Source of the DNA: Oopsacas minuta
Lineage: Eukaryota > Animalia > Porifera
Assembly (NCBI GenBank): GCA_024704765.1
Contig: JAKMXF010000146.1
Span: 8,768-21,847, forward strand
Direction of reading: 5' to 3'
Length of the DNA stretch: 13,080 nucleotides
Positions 9,999 through 13,080 of this stretch are shown one piece after another. The notes below the pieces were generated by a model, which was not told the origin of the DNA, made no database searches, and saw only the letters and a list, made by a program, of their open reading frames with translations. Positions within the stretch are counted from its first letter, which is position 1. Every line of letters begins with the position of its first letter. The position numbers and the translations under genes are program-made.

Positions 9999-10078
9999 CG
10001 ATCAGAATTTTATCAGTTGATTTATTTATCACACCCTTTTACTGATTTTTTATTGTTTGTTATCTGTCAAAAGTAAGG

Positions 10079-10135
10079 TGGTGTCCTAAGACAAAGCATA
10101 GCTTACCTGATGCGTCCTAGCGGGACGAAACACCA
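10079..10135 (+). ncRNA. Type III hammerhead ribozyme fold (degenerate copy)
   Basis: Stem III is TGGTGT (10079-10084)/ACACCA (10130-10135), with a GUC triplet and predicted cleavage after C10085. Stem I is TAAG (10087-10090)/CTTA (10102-10105). Core CTGATG lies at 10107-10112, stem II is GTCC (10114-10117)/GGAC (10123-10126) with loop TAGCG, and GAAA lies at 10127-10130. It deviates from consensus at A9 (C at 10113) and has a C-C mismatch at pair 1.1-2.1. Confidence 0.8.
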
Positions 10136-10148
10136 ATATAATATGATA

Positions 10149-11488
10149 TAATCTGTTGCATAATTATTTGGAATCAAGGATTAGTTTATCATGCGATCGG
10201 ATTTACTCTTACACAATACTAAAATTGACTAAAATATTCTCAAGAGGTGTATAATCAATATTTAATTGGTAGGCCTCTTGAGTCAATGACCATTTGACAC
10301 CTACGTGGCTATTGGAGACCAGTATGCTCTAGAAAATTGGAATCTAGCCTGCTCTAGGTAATTTCCAGCATTTTCTTCAGCACTGAAATTGTCTTTGAGC
10401 CTTGTTTAGTAAACTTTTGCTTAACCCACGCCAACAAATTTTCAATAGGATTGAGATCGGGGCTTTGTGATTGCCACGGAAGTACTTTTGGTAAATTAGT
10501 ACTCAACCAATTCTTTAACTTTGTCACTGTATGCTTAGGATCGTTATCCATTAAGAGTTGCCAATCATTTCCATTGAAAACTTCAGCCGAGTTAGGAGAT
10601 GACCTTGAAGTATATCTAGGAATAATGAACTGTCCATATTAGTTGTAAATATGCACAAAGGGAAAGTCCCAATGGAAGAAAATGCCGCCCAAACATTTAT
10701 TTTGGAGTATGTTTAATGGTGGGGACAAATCTTTTCTGATCGGATTGGTCCACATCTTCATTCGACCCCTGGACAGCCAAATCGACATTTTATCAGGAAA
10801 AACAGTTTTGGCCCATAGTCTTTTTGGGTATTTAAACTTCTTTGCCCATTGGACACGATAGAATCGATTTGTTTCATTCAGTATAGGTGCTTTTGTGGGA
10901 TATTTCTTAGGATATTTGGAATCGACTAAGGCTCGCCGTACAGTCTGGTAGGATACAGGTATATGAGCTATACTTTCCAATGTTCTTAGTGATAAGTATG
11001 GTTTTTGACTTACGTATTTGTTGGCTAATCGACTGTTTAATCCTATTTCTCATTGAGCATGGCCTTCCAGCTCCTTTTTGATGGGAGATATCAATTCCTT
11101 TTGCTAGTTTGGCCTTTACATAATATACAGTAGACAAGCTTACATTAGCAATTTGAGCAATCTTTTTTAGGTATGGCTATTAGCTTCTAGTAATAACTTG
11201 ATAATATTTCTCTTATGCAATTGAGCCATCTGAAATAGCTAATAGTTAAGACAAGAGAAGATAAATGGTAAACTTACGAATAATACGGAAATGACGTCAC
11301 AACAAATACTACAGAAGAGAGAAATGTTCGACAAGTTGATTAATTGAACAAATTAAAACAATCAAATTATGTATGTACTATTATTCAATTCAAAATATGC
11401 ATTCACTTTTAAATGCACAATGATTCTATTATGTTATGGTATGTTTTCAAAGTATATTAAAAATTCCGAATATTTATGTAACAGACTG
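10149..11488 (-). mobile_element. Tc1-family (DD34E) transposon, 1340 bp, full length but inactivated
   Basis: The ~26-bp TIRs are taatctgttgcataattatttggaat (10149-10174) versus the revcomp of 11463-11488, cagtctgttacataaatattcggaat. TA dinucleotides flank both ends (10147-10148 and 11489-11490), and a transposase pseudogene lies inside. Confidence 0.85.
10255..11229 (-). pseudogene. Tc1 transposase pseudogene
   Basis: ATG at 11229-11227 begins MAQLHKRNII. An HTH-like region SLSTVYYVK...GAGRP is followed by VSYQTVRRAL and WAKTVFPD (D 10792-10794). DNDPKH...WQSQSPDLNPIE has D (10546-10548) and E (10441-10443) separated by 34 residues. The C-terminus is RCQMVIDSRGLPIKY-TGA (10257-10255). Several frameshifts and stops are present. 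Confidence 0.92.
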
Positions 11489-11563
11489 TATATTCAAAAA
11501 GTATATTTTATGAATCTTTAAATTCAATTATCTCAATACAATGTTTTTCGCCATATAGGCAAT

Positions 11564-11860
11564 TGTCTTTTGAAGAAAGACTGATTCTTATGCTCTGAAT
11601 ATTTTGAGGAAGTATTAATACAATGTTATTTGAAATCTGGACCACATTTGGAATGAATGAACGAATAATTCTCGTGGTATCCCACCCTAAGCCATGCGAC
11701 TCCGGTTTTTACCCTGTTTTTGCCAGATCCCACATCAAATGTTAATACCTTCTTATTGAAGAGATACTCGGGCCTAATTGTGGTCCAGAAATTAGAACAC
11801 ATATTGTTAGCATATATAACAATTTATAGGTCTTAGGTAATAGTCCTTCTTCAAAAGACA
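11564..11860. repeat. Degenerate foldback/MITE-like inverted repeat
   Basis: tgtcttttgaagaaagact (11564-11582) pairs with agtccttcttcaaaagaca (11842-11860), 18/19 match. tctggaccaca (11636-11646) pairs perfectly with tgtggtccaga (11779-11789). The spacing between the two blocks is symmetric (53 vs 52 bp). True termini and TSD were not resolved. Confidence 0.7.
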
Positions 11861-12130
11861 TTTGGTGATATGTCCCGAGCTTCAATGTTACGTCTATGGG
11901 AGGACTTTTGCTTCCTTTTCATGCACAGTTCGTAATACACACTAGATACATCGTGGTTTTTGATTATTATTTCTTAGTTTGGCTATTCGCGGGAGCTGGA
12001 AAAGATTAAACATGTAGAATGGCATATACTATAGAAAATAGCCCATACCGTAATACAAAGTTCGCGGTAAGACTCCTTATGCCGAATCTAAATCCTGTGC
12101 AGCATATACCACCAGAGAGAGCCAAAACAT

Positions 12131-12290
12131 ATGGCCAGGAGGAGAAAAGGAAAGAAGAATCGATTACAATGGGTATGCTGTGGCATCTGCAATGATTGGC
12201 TTCATTACTACTATGCTGATGTAGATTTCGAGACTGTTTTGGCTGGCCCTTTCGCCTGTGACAAAGTGCTCCTGATACATGAGTTGTTGG
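12131..12290 (+). pseudogene. Degenerate PHD-finger exon/relic, likely the C-terminus of a pogo-like or other DDE transposase
   Basis: RRRKGKKNRLQWVCCGICNDWLHYYY...FACDK resembles the second half of a PHD finger (W-x-x-C-x-x-C-x-x-W-x-H-x-x-C...F-x-C-x-x-C) with two ligands lost. A TIR-like gaattttgccccaccttccc lies downstream at 12391-12410. TE origin is inferred. Confidence 0.5.
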
Positions 12291-12676
12291 TTTCCCCAGA
12301 TTTCTATTTGTTAATTCTATATTTTTTATATATTACAATAAATATATTGATCGAAGATACTGCTGAATTGTAAGACCATATTTCCTTGGTGAATTTTGCC
12401 CCACCTTCCCGTGGCCGTCCAAAAATCAATAGCAACATAGTATGTGGGACAATATTCCCCTATATTTTGAATTCACTATTGGTTAAGATCAAAACATATG
12501 GTGCTATTTAGCAATAGGTATGATTATATATAGATTAACGTGTTACAAACTTCGTAACTTCCTCCTGAAGTGTGCTAAAAATCATAATCACGCCAGTCAC
12601 TTTTAGCTATTCAAGGATTAACGGTAAATATTTTGAAAAATATTTCCAAGGTACAACCAGGCGCATTATTAACTAA

Positions 12677-12893
12677 AATTCTAAGAATTATTCTTAATTT
12701 AATTCTAAGTGTATTTCTAAGAATAATTCTAAGAATTCATGAAATATTCTTAGTTTTCGTTAAGAATTCTTAACTTGGCTATATAACGGGTTCTTAGAAT
12801 AATTCTTAGAATAATTCTTAGAATTACTTAATTCTAAGAATAATTCTTAGAATAATTCTTAGAATTACTTAATTCTAAGATAATTCTTAGAAT
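12677..12893. repeat. Minisatellite of near-palindromic 12-bp units (AATTCTTAGAAT / AATTCTAAGAAT) with a 41-bp higher-order repeat
   Basis: Clean units at 12801-12812, 12813-12824, 12830-12841, 12842-12853, 12854-12865 and 12882-12893, with TACTT linkers at 12825-12829 and 12866-12870. Degenerate units, mostly TTCTAAG, lie at 12677-12780. Confidence 0.9.
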
Positions 12894-13080
12894 TGGGTAA
12901 TTTTACTTGATTGGTTCTTGCTATTGACCAATAAAATATATGCCAATTCATTCGACTCCAATCGCTTTTTGAGAAGATATTCGCATAGTATACAATAAAT
13001 TGCCCCACCCAATAGAAAAGGATATTCATTGCATTTCTCATTTGTGTACTATTGTATAAACTCATGGCCTCGCTTTTTGT

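Noticed and set aside
9790-10032. ORFs 9790-9981 (+) and 9817-10032 (-)
   Set aside because: They span a transposon end and the tRNA-like module, which explain the sequence better.
11292-11299. Perfect CRE palindrome TGACGTCA ~63 bp upstream of the Tc1 transposase ATG
   Set aside because: A single 8-mer inside a dead transposon; no way to support function from sequence.
12677-13065. CRISPR-like array, and the 66-aa ORF 12865-13065 (-)
   Set aside because: The units are contiguous 12-mers without unique spacers, there are no cas genes, and the context is eukaryotic. The ORF runs into the satellite and has no motif.

Overview
AT-rich eukaryotic window, probably from an animal (inferred from the CDK12/13 kinase and the TE families; the taxon cannot be fixed from sequence alone). 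It holds one intact gene, an intronless 742-aa CDK12/CDK13-like kinase on the minus strand (1896-4124). The rest is mostly decayed mobile DNA, identified by manual motif reading rather than database search. (i) A Kolobok-type ('Mutator-like') DDE transposon remnant, about 4470-9854, is split by (ii) a 2688-bp element (5121-7808) with ~220-bp TIRs, CAC...GTG termini and an AAAG 4-bp TSD. The inner element's ruined transposase keeps RAG1/Transib-like core motifs, and its ends are Chapaev-like. (iii) A tRNA-like Pol III module (9919-9998) is followed ~80 bp later by a type III hammerhead ribozyme fold (10079-10135). (iv) A full-length but frameshifted Tc1 DD34E element (10149-11488) retains TA TSDs. 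(v) A foldback/MITE, a PHD-finger relic and a 12-bp/41-bp near-palindromic satellite lie at the right end. The most unusual signal is the tRNA-head plus hammerhead pair, a candidate ribozyme-bearing SINE/retrozyme-like family. No prokaryotic system or CRISPR array is supported.
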